A DNA stretch of 64,000 nt from Phoronis australis (Eukaryota > Animalia > Phoronida): positions 1-64,000 of the forward strand of contig NMRA01000061.1 in NCBI GenBank assembly GCA_002633005.1, written 5' to 3'. Of this stretch, positions 25,244 to 36,527 are shown piece after piece; the first letter of the stretch is position 1, and each line of letters opens with the position of its first letter. A model generated the notes under the pieces. It searched no databases and was not told the DNA's origin. It was given only the letters and a program-made list of their open reading frames with translations. A program made the translations under genes and the position numbers.

Positions 25244-27249
25244 CCCGTTCAGCATTGGTTGTTCACACACTATGACTAGAGATTACAACATTTTAAATTT
25301 ATGGGTGTCATGCTCAATACGCCTTCATTATGCGAGTTTATTTTGATTCAAAAGGATATATGGCAGAAAAACGCATTGCATCGGGATTGTTGTTGGATGA
25401 GATAACTTTGACCTTAAATATAAAACAACAAAATCCGTTGTGCTTTGAGGATTTTATAACAACTTGCTGGGACAGAAACTTTTGATTTGCAATTAGAAAT
25501 CAGAGTATAACTGAGCAAAGTGATAACAACAAACACGACGAAAACATCAGGACAAAAGCAGCTGCAGCAACAACAATGACAACAACCTAAACAGCTTAAA
25601 ATACTCAAACGTGTGTAAAAAATAACCCCAAAACAATGACAGATGACGTTTCACTTTTAATTGATATGACACTTCAAACAACATCCTTTGCAAAGTCCAA
25701 TGAACAACTTCATTGTTATGCAAATTAGAAATATATTCAAGTTTCCTAATTAAAAAAGTGGAGTATCATCAAAGTTTATCCTGAAAAAAGGTGATGGCCA
25801 TTGGGTGCACGTGACTGACTTGCCGGTTCCGTTCCGCGCGCCTGGTCACCGACAAAGACAGATTGGCTCTCAATGATGATTTCCGGCTTTTACATATCAA
25901 TCCAATGTGTTAGCTGACGTACCCCAGTGGCACCGACCAAGTCAGTCAAGACTAGAGCAACCAAGTCATTCATCAATATTAGAGAGATAGGGAGAGAGAG
26001 AGGCGGGGATTCAAACCCCCCTTGGGAAAGGATCAAAAACAAAAATTGAAAAGAAATTCTCCAGAAAAATGAAATCAGCTACTAAAAACCATGAAAAAAT
26101 GTTACACGACCTTCCGGCGTTCCGCTGGGCGCTGGCGCCTCGGATTCACTCGAATCACAACATCCACCCTTAGGCTGAAAACGTAGATCTCTATTATGCG
26201 TTCTGTTTCAAAATTAATCATTCTCATCCTTAAATGATCTTAACCAATGCTTTTATGAAACTGAAACAAAGTCAGTCTCATTAGATACAATTTCGTAATG
26301 CCTTGGAGTGCTCGTGAGTGCAAATGTTTTGAGAAGCCAGCAATTGATAAACCACTGCGTTACCGCCCGGCTCATGCCTGCAACAAAGGTAATTGACCGG
26401 GCACCGAGGCTGTGTGAGCTGACAGAAAGCTGTTGTGAAACAATTACTCGATTTTATATGCTGTTAGGGTAATCTATTTACGGAAATACAAATACATTAT
26501 TCAAATCATTGTTACTGTACAACCTGACGGCTGTGGTAGGGGAACCCGACTTCGCGGCCCCCGACAAGTAAGTAGATTTTCAGTTTCGTGGCTAATTCAC
26601 AAAAATAATTACGTGCACATTATTTCTTTGGCTCACTATAAGTCTTTTCGTGACTGGAGGTTTAGTTTCCAACTCACGCTGGTTTATGTTCGTGCCAGTC
26701 CCCGGCCGGCGGCCGCGACGGGCCTGATCGCCGGTTCCGAGCCACTGGCCGGGATAACAAGCGTTTTGTGCGTTTAGAACTCCAAAAATCAAGTCTAAAC
26801 AACACAGATCTAGGTTCTCCTGTTTGTGTTTCACGGAAGAATAATTCGAATTTATCTCCGAACTGACCCCAAACTCCTGCTACGGACCTTGATAAATTGG
26901 CCTGCCGAACTTTGTAGGCTACGGTGTGTCCAAACCAGTAAATCCGTCACAGTGAAATAAAACAACACGTTTTTATAAGAACTCGGTGTATTTTTAAGGG
27001 TTTTACATCGAAGTTTGATGATTTATTGGTGTTAAACGATGAATTCAAGCGATAAGCTGACACCACTAACCCGTGTTGTGAACTCCTGAGTAGACTGCAT
27101 GTGAAACCAATTACGTCATTGGATAATTTCAACACCTCCGTCTCCCGTCAGGTGTCAGGTAATGCAACCGAACCTGCCGTTATCGAGTAAGAACTACTCG
27201 ATCTAAATTGATACAAAATAGGTTATTTTTGGGTGGCATTCTCCTTTAA

Positions 27250-27890
27250 CTGCACTGGACCAATTTGCTGGCCCTCTTTCACAGTCTTCCCGCAGCATCC
27301 TGTAACTTTTCTTTGGGTATCTGGGGTTATTCATCTGTAGAATTTTGGTCCAGTAGATAATTGGTCTGCAAAAGTATTTCATACATAATAAATGCCTGCC
27401 GCATTCTCCTCAGGCCATAACGTTACTTGTTTTCTTTGGGACACCAGCAACCCATTTACTTTCTATGTCTTTCGAATATACTGTGCCGTATAACAATATA
27501 GGACGGTGAACTACCATGCTGTCATACATGTGGGGAGCTACACTTCACTTTGGTTAAACATGCTTTTAACACGTTCATTGCTTTTCTAGCTTGTAAAGCT
27601 GATATTCTACAATTTTCATTCCATTTTAATCTGCAAGTAAATGTCACACCAAGATACTTGTAATAAAATTTCGTTTCTACCAATTTCATATTGTAAAACC
27701 ACTTTTCCTGTGTCGATAGAGTCCCTCCTCGCTTGAAGACAACCGTGAATATTTGTCTTATCAAGATTAACACAAAGACTCCAATCCACACAATAATTGT
27801 GCAATACATTTAATTTTCTCTGAAGTCCAGGCACTGTGTCGGTCATAAGCACTAAATCGTCCGCAAATAGCAACGAACTTAATTCGCAAT
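27250..27890 (-). mobile_element. Decayed non-LTR retrotransposon reverse transcriptase fragment
   Basis: LLFADDLVL...GLQRKLNVLHNYCVDWSLCVNLDKT, frameshift, then VFKRGG...YKYLGV. Part of a ~2 kb insertion absent from the paralogous region near 44070-44090. Confidence 0.8.
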
Positions 27891-28149
27891 CATACTAGAA
27901 CTCTAAAATGACCCGACCTGTTTCTAAGAATTCATTGCTGGATTCTTGGAGCACCATGTCTGCTAGATCGAGCAGGATTCATTGGTCTCTTCATAGCCCA
28001 CTTATACAGTAACCACTTACCGGGTATATAGTAACCACTATAGTGTTTGCTCTTTCACGTGGTATCGTGTTTAATATTGCACACAGTACAATCTACTGAA
28101 TTATTTATTAGCAATTGGTGACGTAGAGCTACGCGTCTTTTGTTAAGGT

Positions 28150-28159
28150 GGGGTTTCCC
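28150..28159 (+). promoter_or_regulatory. NF-kB-type site upstream of type B gene 4
   Basis: GGGGTTTCCC about 390 bp before the ATG. Gene 6 has a near-consensus GAAACTTTCCC at 44594-44604. Confidence 0.35.
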
Positions 28160-28536
28160 CATTTAGGCCTAAGTAAATGGACAATAGGTAAATGAATAAA
28201 ATAATCCAGCGGGACAGACAATATGCCTGGTCTCTTGAAGCAGGTTTATGGATTTCGGGCCTCCAGTTACAATATGTGCTTATTTTCGCCATCATCAATA
28301 TATTTTTGTCCTTCAGGTGTATGACTCAGGTAAAACACTGAATGACAAAGAATCAGGCTGGGAAGCGACGTGGCATGGCCATAAAAGGCCAACGACTTTG
28401 GTTTTTCCTACTATTAGTTTTCCCATGACGAAGAAAAAAATTCTCTCTTCATTTATAAGCTCCTTTTACCCGAGTCGCTCTGAAAATCCTCCACTAACGC
28501 GACTGTCGAAGTAACGCTTGGACACACGTATCCACA

Positions 28537-31500
28537 ATGTCAGCCATCTTTTCCAAAGACATGGGTGAGATCGACAACGGTATTTTTAACAAATTTTACA
28601 ATACCGACGTTGAGAAGACCAGAAAGGAAACCCAATCAAGAGTTGAAAAAGTGAAATCAACTCTAAACAGGGTTCTCCAACAAGTAAACCGACAGGACGA
28701 TCGTTTCGCGAACTGTGTCGATTCCATCCTAACAAAGTGCCCCGATAATTTCGACGTAAAAGTGGAAATTAAAGGTTTCGACTCCGTTTTAAATCATGCC
28801 AAACGCGCAGTATCCACCAATGCTGGTAACACTGGTATCGGAAATGGACCGTTTGTTACCGGCTCAGTACCCACGTTCAAAGAAAAACGCAGTTTTCTGC
28901 CGAACCCACTGCCGGAAGCGCCAATCGGCTACAGGTATTTGGAGCTGGAAGCCGTACCTCATTCATTACACAAATGGGATAAGTGGATTGAGAGATTTAT
29001 CCTGGTGCCAGAGTTCGTGAGGGGAACTTTTATTGACCTGGTCAAAGAAAGCATAAGAGCCAAACGCCTGCAAGGTAAGAACATTGAACTCGGTAGGATG
29101 TTTTTGGAGAATTATGTGCACGCGCAGGAGTTTGTATATTGCGTGCAGTGTAAGTTAACAGAGCCATTGCTTGGAGAGATGTAGAACATAGCTGGCTAGA
29201 GAATATCTGATGTCGTCAGGTGGTTATATTTTAAGCAATATTATAAAAGCGCCTTTTGATTGGGCAGCTGACAAAACAGCTCTCGTAGCACGTTTCATGA
29301 CAGACGCACTGGAACACACACACGCAACGCGTTTCCCTGGCATCATGCCAATAGTAACTGCGACGGCAACTTCTAAATAGATAACTGTATCCTCGCAAAT
29401 AAGCCATGACGCAATTACCATCTTTGTGCAAATTTGTGAACAGCTAAGCGGAAGTACAAGCGCCCGCCAAAAAGAGCAAAACAATGAACAACACTGTGCT
29501 TTTTTCTCCATGTTTTGTAAAAATCAGCCTCTACATGTATTCGTTTAACGTCTTTGATAAAAGGTATAAAAATAATAAATCAATTACTGGACTTACGGTT
29601 ATATAGAGGTGGCTACGTTTTACCAGACTTCTTCCAGATATTTGCACATTTTAGTTGTGTAATTATACCAATGGCCACACAGTTTACATGTATTTGAGAG
29701 GTTAACTTCGGGGTCTGGCTTTTGTGTTCAGATTCTTGCTGTGTTCGCATCACTAGATTTCTTTAAAGCCGTGTTTTCCCATGTTTAACTAGATTGAAGA
29801 CGAAACTCGAATTCGGCTTTTTGTTCTCTTAAAATATGTCTCAAAAATTTCTGACCGTGACAAAATTCCATTCCCGCTACCAATAAAAACATGAAAACTA
29901 TCAACAACTCAAAAAAACGGAGTTTATTGGAGTTGGCCAACAATAAAATTGCGAATACGAAAAACTGTATTGGAATGAAAGAGTTTTTATTTCGTCCGTG
30001 TTTTAAAAATAGCGAATCTGACGATGATTTCTTGAAATTTTTACAATATTCAAAGTGAATAACTCTCACGTAAGCATCTCTAAGTAGACTCGCCACGATC
30101 TGTTTAACAGGTATTTTACGACTGAGTGTTCCATGCGTCTTCCGAACAGATATCATTTGACATGATTGTGTTTCTTTTTGGACTTAGGACTTGTCAGGCA
30201 AAGCAAACTGGCACCAGATGACACCATGAACTTTCGAGTAATGGATGAACGCGGTGACTTTTTGGCGAACGTCACTTTCATTCCGGTCTTAAAATCGGTG
30301 GCTGAGTTCCATCCTCAGGGGGCGCTGATGGATGAAGCAGCATGGCCACCACCACACAAAGTACGAGCCATCGAGCGAACCAGAATAGATCTTGACCTGG
30401 TGCCGGAATGCAAATACTTTTGGAGGGAGAACTACGCACAAGCAGACGACTTGCTCAGCGCTAGCATTGATAGCGATGGAGGATGTCACAAACAATGCTT
30501 AGAAGTCATGGCAAAAATGAAGAACGACTTCTGGTGTCCACCTACAAAAGCAATCATAAGTGACGACCACTTGAAGGTAATCTATTACGGCATAACATAA
30601 TATTGTTAAAACGGACAATTTCCGAGAATAAAGTTTGAGATAGCCTTAATATCTAGTGAATAGCTCATTATTTAGTTGATGAAAAAATGGATATTTCAAA
30701 CCGCTAGCACCATAGAAAATCGAAAATCTTGATTCTGCCATTAACTGTTTGCTGCTTAATTGAAGTCGGTTAAAGTTGCTCAGAACTCACATTTTGTGAC
30801 GCCGAAGAATTGTCCAAAAATATGAATATCGTATGACACAATATATTATTGCATTTAAAAATCCACAACGATCGATAGTTACCTAATGGCTCTTTCGCCG
30901 AATTTTAGATAGACATTGATTACTGAGTGACATCTCAGCTGCAAAAGATGCCGTTCTCAAAAAAATTCCATTTGCCTTGAGTTTACATTTAATTTGTGTT
31001 CCAAAAAGAGCACCGGTTTTGTTAGAGACACGCCGGAGTGTGTACATAGTAGTTGAGTTCGTCTCACGAAAGATTCTGTTAAGACATAATCCATTTTGTT
31101 TTGGTGATTTTATTACAAATCGGCAATTCTTACTATTCGCTGAAATTAAAGCCGGTGACCCTAAATGCTCTGCTATTGTATCGAGAAGCGTTTAGCTGTG
31201 CCAACAAAGCGTTGGATAGCGACCATGGGGCTCGTGACTTCCATTCCGAGTTGGGTCTTATCCCAGAAAACGGCTTATCTCTCTTTAAACCAATATCAAA
31301 AGTAACAGCGACATCGTCGAAATTTGGAATTCTTATGTTGTAAAACTGTAGGCTAATGTTCACCATAAGAAATATCGTGGAAATATATTGTGTTATTCGA
31401 ACAAGTAGAATAGAATAAAATGTTTCTTTTATAAAAAAGGTTTAAATAGCCGTCACTGTCACAACGGCACACTGGGTATTCAAGGGGGCACCCCTGAAAA

Positions 31501-33557
31501 TTTTACTTTAAGGGATCTACGTTTAATTTCAGTTAAAACACACATTTAGCTGCACACTCTTAGGTTGTTGTCCGGCATGGATCTGTGTTCAAATGCCACA
31601 ACTTGTAATCCGTGCAAAGCACTGCACGGACTTTCGATTTTGCCTGCCAAAGGAAAGGATACGACGGAACATGAGCGCGGGGGAGAAGGGGAAGAACGCT
31701 CCTCCTTTCAACTTGGGAAAATATTTCACTGCATGACAATCTACTGAATATTTCATCTCTCAACACCTCATTTCCTTTGGTTGCTGTCTGAGTGTGTTTT
31801 TGTGAAATAGTAGATGTATTAACTCAGGATAAAAACCTACTCAGCACAACAATACAGGGGCCCGTTCCAAGAAAACTAATCTTAAATTTCAGTCAGTTTT
31901 TAGATAAAACTCAAATTTGTCTCAAGTCCGTTTCAACAAAGGGGTCCTAGGTTTGACTTAAGTTTTTGACTTATGTTTTGTCTTATTTTTGACTAATTTT
32001 CCGGAAGTGGAAGTTTCAAAGTTTGGAAGTTGAGACAAATCTTAGACTTAAGTCAAAAATGAACTTACTAAGTCAGTTTCTTGGAACGGGCCTCTGTTCT
32101 GCCACACGGTCCTGATATTGGAAATATAACTAAATAAATGGTATTAGAAATGTACAACATAAATGTCAACAACAAAACTGGATCGGCAGAGTAGGAGATT
32201 ATACAATTAAACATTACACTGAACGGTACCTGGAATTAAATATCTCTAAAGATTCACTCTGCCAGACACCAGAATCGAGGTTCCATAGCATGGTGCCAGC
32301 GTAGATTATTTGCCAAAATTAGTCCCGTTTTTGTGGAAATAGAGATTGCCACTGGCAAAAGACCTACTCAGGTGTCATACCATGGAGACATTTGTGGATA
32401 GCTGAACACCTATGGTAGTCTTTACTCGAGATTTTGTTAAAAGGATACGAAACCTAACTTTGACTTATTAACAGATATTAAAAACGATTTTCCCATCAAG
32501 TTCTCTGAAACAAAATAATGCCATGTAACTCTCGACAACCCTCAGAAGTTTCTTCTAAGTGTGCTAGACGAACAAGTGACGCTTTAGGTGAGTTACTCGA
32601 CAACTATTAAAAGGAAAGTCCACCCGCCAAGAACCGCAAATTCGAATCTTTGACACAAACAGTATGTGTTTTTAATTTATCCTGCCTTTATCACTCGAGT
32701 GAGATGACAATGGTGCATGAGCAGGTGACAGAACGATGGTTGGTTAAAATCACCAGAACAGGGTTTAGTATAATTTTAAACCTGAATAACGACTACAATT
32801 TTAGCACCTGGTCTTACAAGAAGAGAGAAAAATATTTCCGGCTGTTGATTATATGTAGATTTTCGACAAATCATAAAACTAAACATTTTTGAATTTAATA
32901 CCGCACAGCAAAAAGATTCTATTTTGAAGTCCTAAATGCTGAAGAGGAATGTAAACAAAAATGAGAAACACTAGACATTATTTTTAAAAAAAACAAAGTC
33001 AGGGAAACAGCGGCACCGGACAATGTCGGAAAGCACCAGATTTGGGGAGCTTTACAGAAATGTTTTTCAGAGTAGTGTTTTTTTCGGAGCAGTGGATCTT
33101 CGGAGGTAGTGTGTTTCGGAGTAGTAGGCATTCGGAGTAATGGCCCGTTACCGTTACGCGGTGGTGTTGCCCCACAAATGTTGTACATAGTGTTACATAC
33201 AAAATAACTATTATTAGGATTATCATATTGGTTTCTACTATTAAAAAAACTTGTAATTCGGTGGCATTTTTCATTTTTGTGGTTACTCCCTTTATGTGTT
33301 TACAGAACACTCTTTGGTGGGAGTGCCAGGAGCGCCCCAACTTGTGGAGCATAGAAAGAGTCGCCTTCAACTTCATCAGTCTCGTTCGTCGTCTCCATGG
33401 TTACGTTAAGGAAAGAAGCCTCCCGCTGTACTTCAACCCAGGCGTGAACTTATTCCTCGAAAAGTCAACAGAGGATTTGAAGACGGTTGAAGAAAAGTTA
33501 GAAGAGTTTTTACAAAACCCTTCGTACTTCGTTAGAGCAGCATTGTCTGAGGAGTAG
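28537..33557 (+). CDS. Divergent, catalytically degenerate cGLR (type B gene 4); own exon 3 deleted, possibly spliced to orphan type A exon 3
   Basis: Exon 1 28537-29074 (donor G/GTAAGA) and exon 2 30188-30576 (donor AAG/GTAATC) are open and homologous to type A (FSKDMGEIDNG, RQSKL, IDSDGGCHKQCL, HLK). Candidate exon 3 at 33306-33557 is phase-compatible. The exon 2-3 join is inferred. Confidence 0.65.
31858..32093. mobile_element. MITE family 1, copy 3 (inverted)
   Basis: Reverse-orientation copy. Empty site AATACTGTTC at the paralogous position ~48038-48047. Confidence 0.75.
33306..33557 (+). CDS. Orphan type A cGLR terminal exon (NTLWWECQERP...YFVRAALSEE)
   Basis: Intact TTTACAG acceptor and open frame, close to exon 3 of genes 1 and 2. 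No type A exons 1-2 lie upstream of it. Confidence 0.75.
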   Translation, partial: NTLWWECQERPNLWSIERVAFNFISLVRRLHGYVKERSLPLYFNPGVNLFLEKSTEDLKTVEEKLEEFLQNPSYFVRAALSEE

Positions 33558-36423
33558 AATGAATGAGCTCAAGGTAGTTTTATTCGTAAACTACAATTTC
33601 CTTTACAGTTACCACTTCAGAACGCAAGATAAGATCCTCAGTCGAAAGATACCACTGAAACATAAACGTGTCGTAACTTTCAGCCCTGTTTGTGTTTGCC
33701 TTATTGTTACTATTAATTTATAAAAATAAAATAAAGAAGTGGGCGGTATTTCCACGGAAACCTCGTTACGTATGCATGAGGCAGTTGAGTTAGTCCCCAT
33801 AATGCACGAGACAGTTGTCACTCACTACGGCGGCTATTTTAGGTGGTGGTGCACCACCAAAAATAAATATTTAACTAAAAAAATCCTATTTAATGCTGCT
33901 AAGTTTGAAAATATTTGGAGATGTGTGAATGAACATTATTTGGACTTAAGTTTCAACTAAACTTACGTCGGCTAAATTCGTTTTATGAAGTTTTAAATCA
34001 AAATGAAAAGGAAAGAGTATCTATAAAATGGCAACGAAAAGTGAAACTATGAAGTAAATAACCCACAGATTAAGCGATTAACTGTTTAAAAACAATTTTA
34101 CCCATAAAGTACTTTAACTGTGGTACATTTCTTGTCTGAACAGATTAGTCAGAATTAGTGTTAAATTAAGGGACTCAACAACAATCAATTTGCGTTTTTA
34201 ACGTTTGGTTTTCATTCCCTGTCGAATGACAACAATCAGCTGCCAACTTTTTCCATAGTGGCTTATCCTTATACGAAAGTGCTTTGTTACTATCATTCAT
34301 GTCACTCCGTCATGATCCATGCTAGATTTTTTCTTCCAACTTATATTTGTTCAACATAGGACAAACTACTTTTGTATTTGTGAGCTTATATAAATGTGTA
34401 TACAGGTTACTGCTTTGTATTGTAGAATGTTTACAAAAGGTTTTTACCTATTAGTAGCATTAGTGTCACCAGCACATATGATAAATGGAAATATACGATT
34501 ATTTTTATTGATGGCTTATTTCACAGTATAACAATATCCATGCTTTCCTGAAGCTGTGTGAGAGCATCCTATGCGTAACATACCGTTTAGATCGTTTTAC
34601 GCCATCTCACGTGACTACATTCCCCAGGCGGTCTTCCTTTTGTAAATTCCCTCAGTACTAGCAGTTTTAACAAGCTGACGTCTCGCTGAAATTTAGTCGT
34701 AGTCTATTATTGAGGATTTTGGATGGAACGTTCCGCAAAACGTTTCGAATAATTTGGTAGGTCAATTAATATGTGCATTTACTAGTCAACCAAAGTGGTT
34801 TGTTTGGGCTGATATTAATCGCTTACCAGAAATTTCACACAGATCTGCTACTCGCGTTCTACCGGCAAAGAAACGAAATGCAGATGTGGATCGTCTCAAT
34901 ATATAACTTACACCCTTACAAGTTTTTGGGCCTGGAAACAACGGACATTTTGTTATTGACCCAGAGGATGCTCGACATATGAAATAACTCTCTTTGACAA
35001 GATGCTGAGCCTGATCATGCAATAACGAGCTGTGCGTTCTTTCCACCCCCAGAGGTCGCCTCTGGTGTAAGGAAGGAACAAGGCGAGATCAATTTCAAAA
35101 GCAACCTCAGGATCTCAAGCAATAAAAATGCCAGATGTCAAGCCCACTAGATCATGCGCGCACATACAGAGGAGCTCGAATTTTTCGGTATGCGTACCTT
35201 TTACTGACAAAAACCAACGAGGACCAAAAAAACCGGGCCACTAGGTTCAGGCTTACGAATCATTTGAATGTGTGTCCGCGCAGATTTCCTATGAACTTTT
35301 GTCTCGTTTACTAGGACTTTTTGTTGCTTTGAACGTGTAGAATATCACCAGACCGCACTTGCAAGACACCTACAACCCGAGTAGTCGTTGATGTATGTGA
35401 ACCAGCCTTTACGTGCATTGATTGGCTAGAAAGCAAAAACGATGTTTTCATTAACCAATTTACAATGTTGATGATATGTTAAGGTTTAATTGCTGTCACA
35501 TTTCATTGGTTTTAGCTGCTGGGGACACCGATTTCAGATATGACGAGATTACTAACTCTAAAACTGTGATACTATCGTACGGCTTTCACGGTTTGAATAA
35601 CAACATAATGACAGAGACCAAAAGTCAACCGTTTTTATTTTGTGATTTATAACTATTGGAAACTAAATATAAATCGTGAATCGAATAACACTCTAAGCCC
35701 AGACTCGACTCCGACCTAAAACTAACCGATCGCATGATTCGAGTACAACTTTGTTAGTTAACTAGCCTCATGTAATGCTGTTGGTCCATTTTCGAATTGA
35801 ATTTCGAATACAGAGACACCTGGCCATGGTGTCAAACGTTCTCATCACTGAAAAGCGTTACTCCAAATTCTCAGATGAACAATTCTTACCCGCTGAATAA
35901 CAACAGCAGGACGCAATCGGGCTCAAACCGAGTGGTGCAACAGTCTAAAGTTCAACCCGATAACATGTATCTCACATATGCACAATAACTTCAACTGGCT
36001 GAAATTTCCAAGAAAAACATAAATGAAGCTGGGCATCAGTTGATTTGAAAACAACTCCATTCATATTAAATGTATTACGGACCTGCTAAATGCCATATAT
36101 GACGGGGTATGTTCCCTGGTTCATCGATTCAGTGGTCGAAACATGCAGTCATACGAATGCACAATGCCCGTAATGTGGGTTATTTTCTGTAGAGTAACGT
36201 CACGCGAACCCGTCCACACTGATTATGAAAATATCTCCATCATTCTAAAATAGCATTAAACACTACGATTGAGTATATGACGCAATGTTCAACAGATCAA
36301 ATGTTTACAGCTTCTTACTGGGTATGCATTTCTTACTGGATTAGTCACGATCATGAATCCAGCGTATCTATGTGTGTAATGACAAAATTAACGTGACCGG
36401 TAAAAAAGACCGGAGTTATCGCC

Positions 36424-36433
36424 GGGATTTTCC
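36424..36433 (+). promoter_or_regulatory. NF-kB-type site upstream of gene 5
   Basis: GGGATTTTCC 104 bp before the ATG, followed by CATATATT. Confidence 0.55.
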
Positions 36434-36527
36434 CATGTCAAAGCATATATTCCCCTACGACTGGATTCGAAGCAAAACGCTTACGCACTTTTCTAGAATT
36501 CATACCTAGGAAAAACGCATCGACAAG

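Noticed and set aside
31101-31343. ORF shared with 46531-46797
   Set aside because: Lies in intron 2 of the duplicated type B genes; similarity is explained by the duplication and the frames diverge at the ends.
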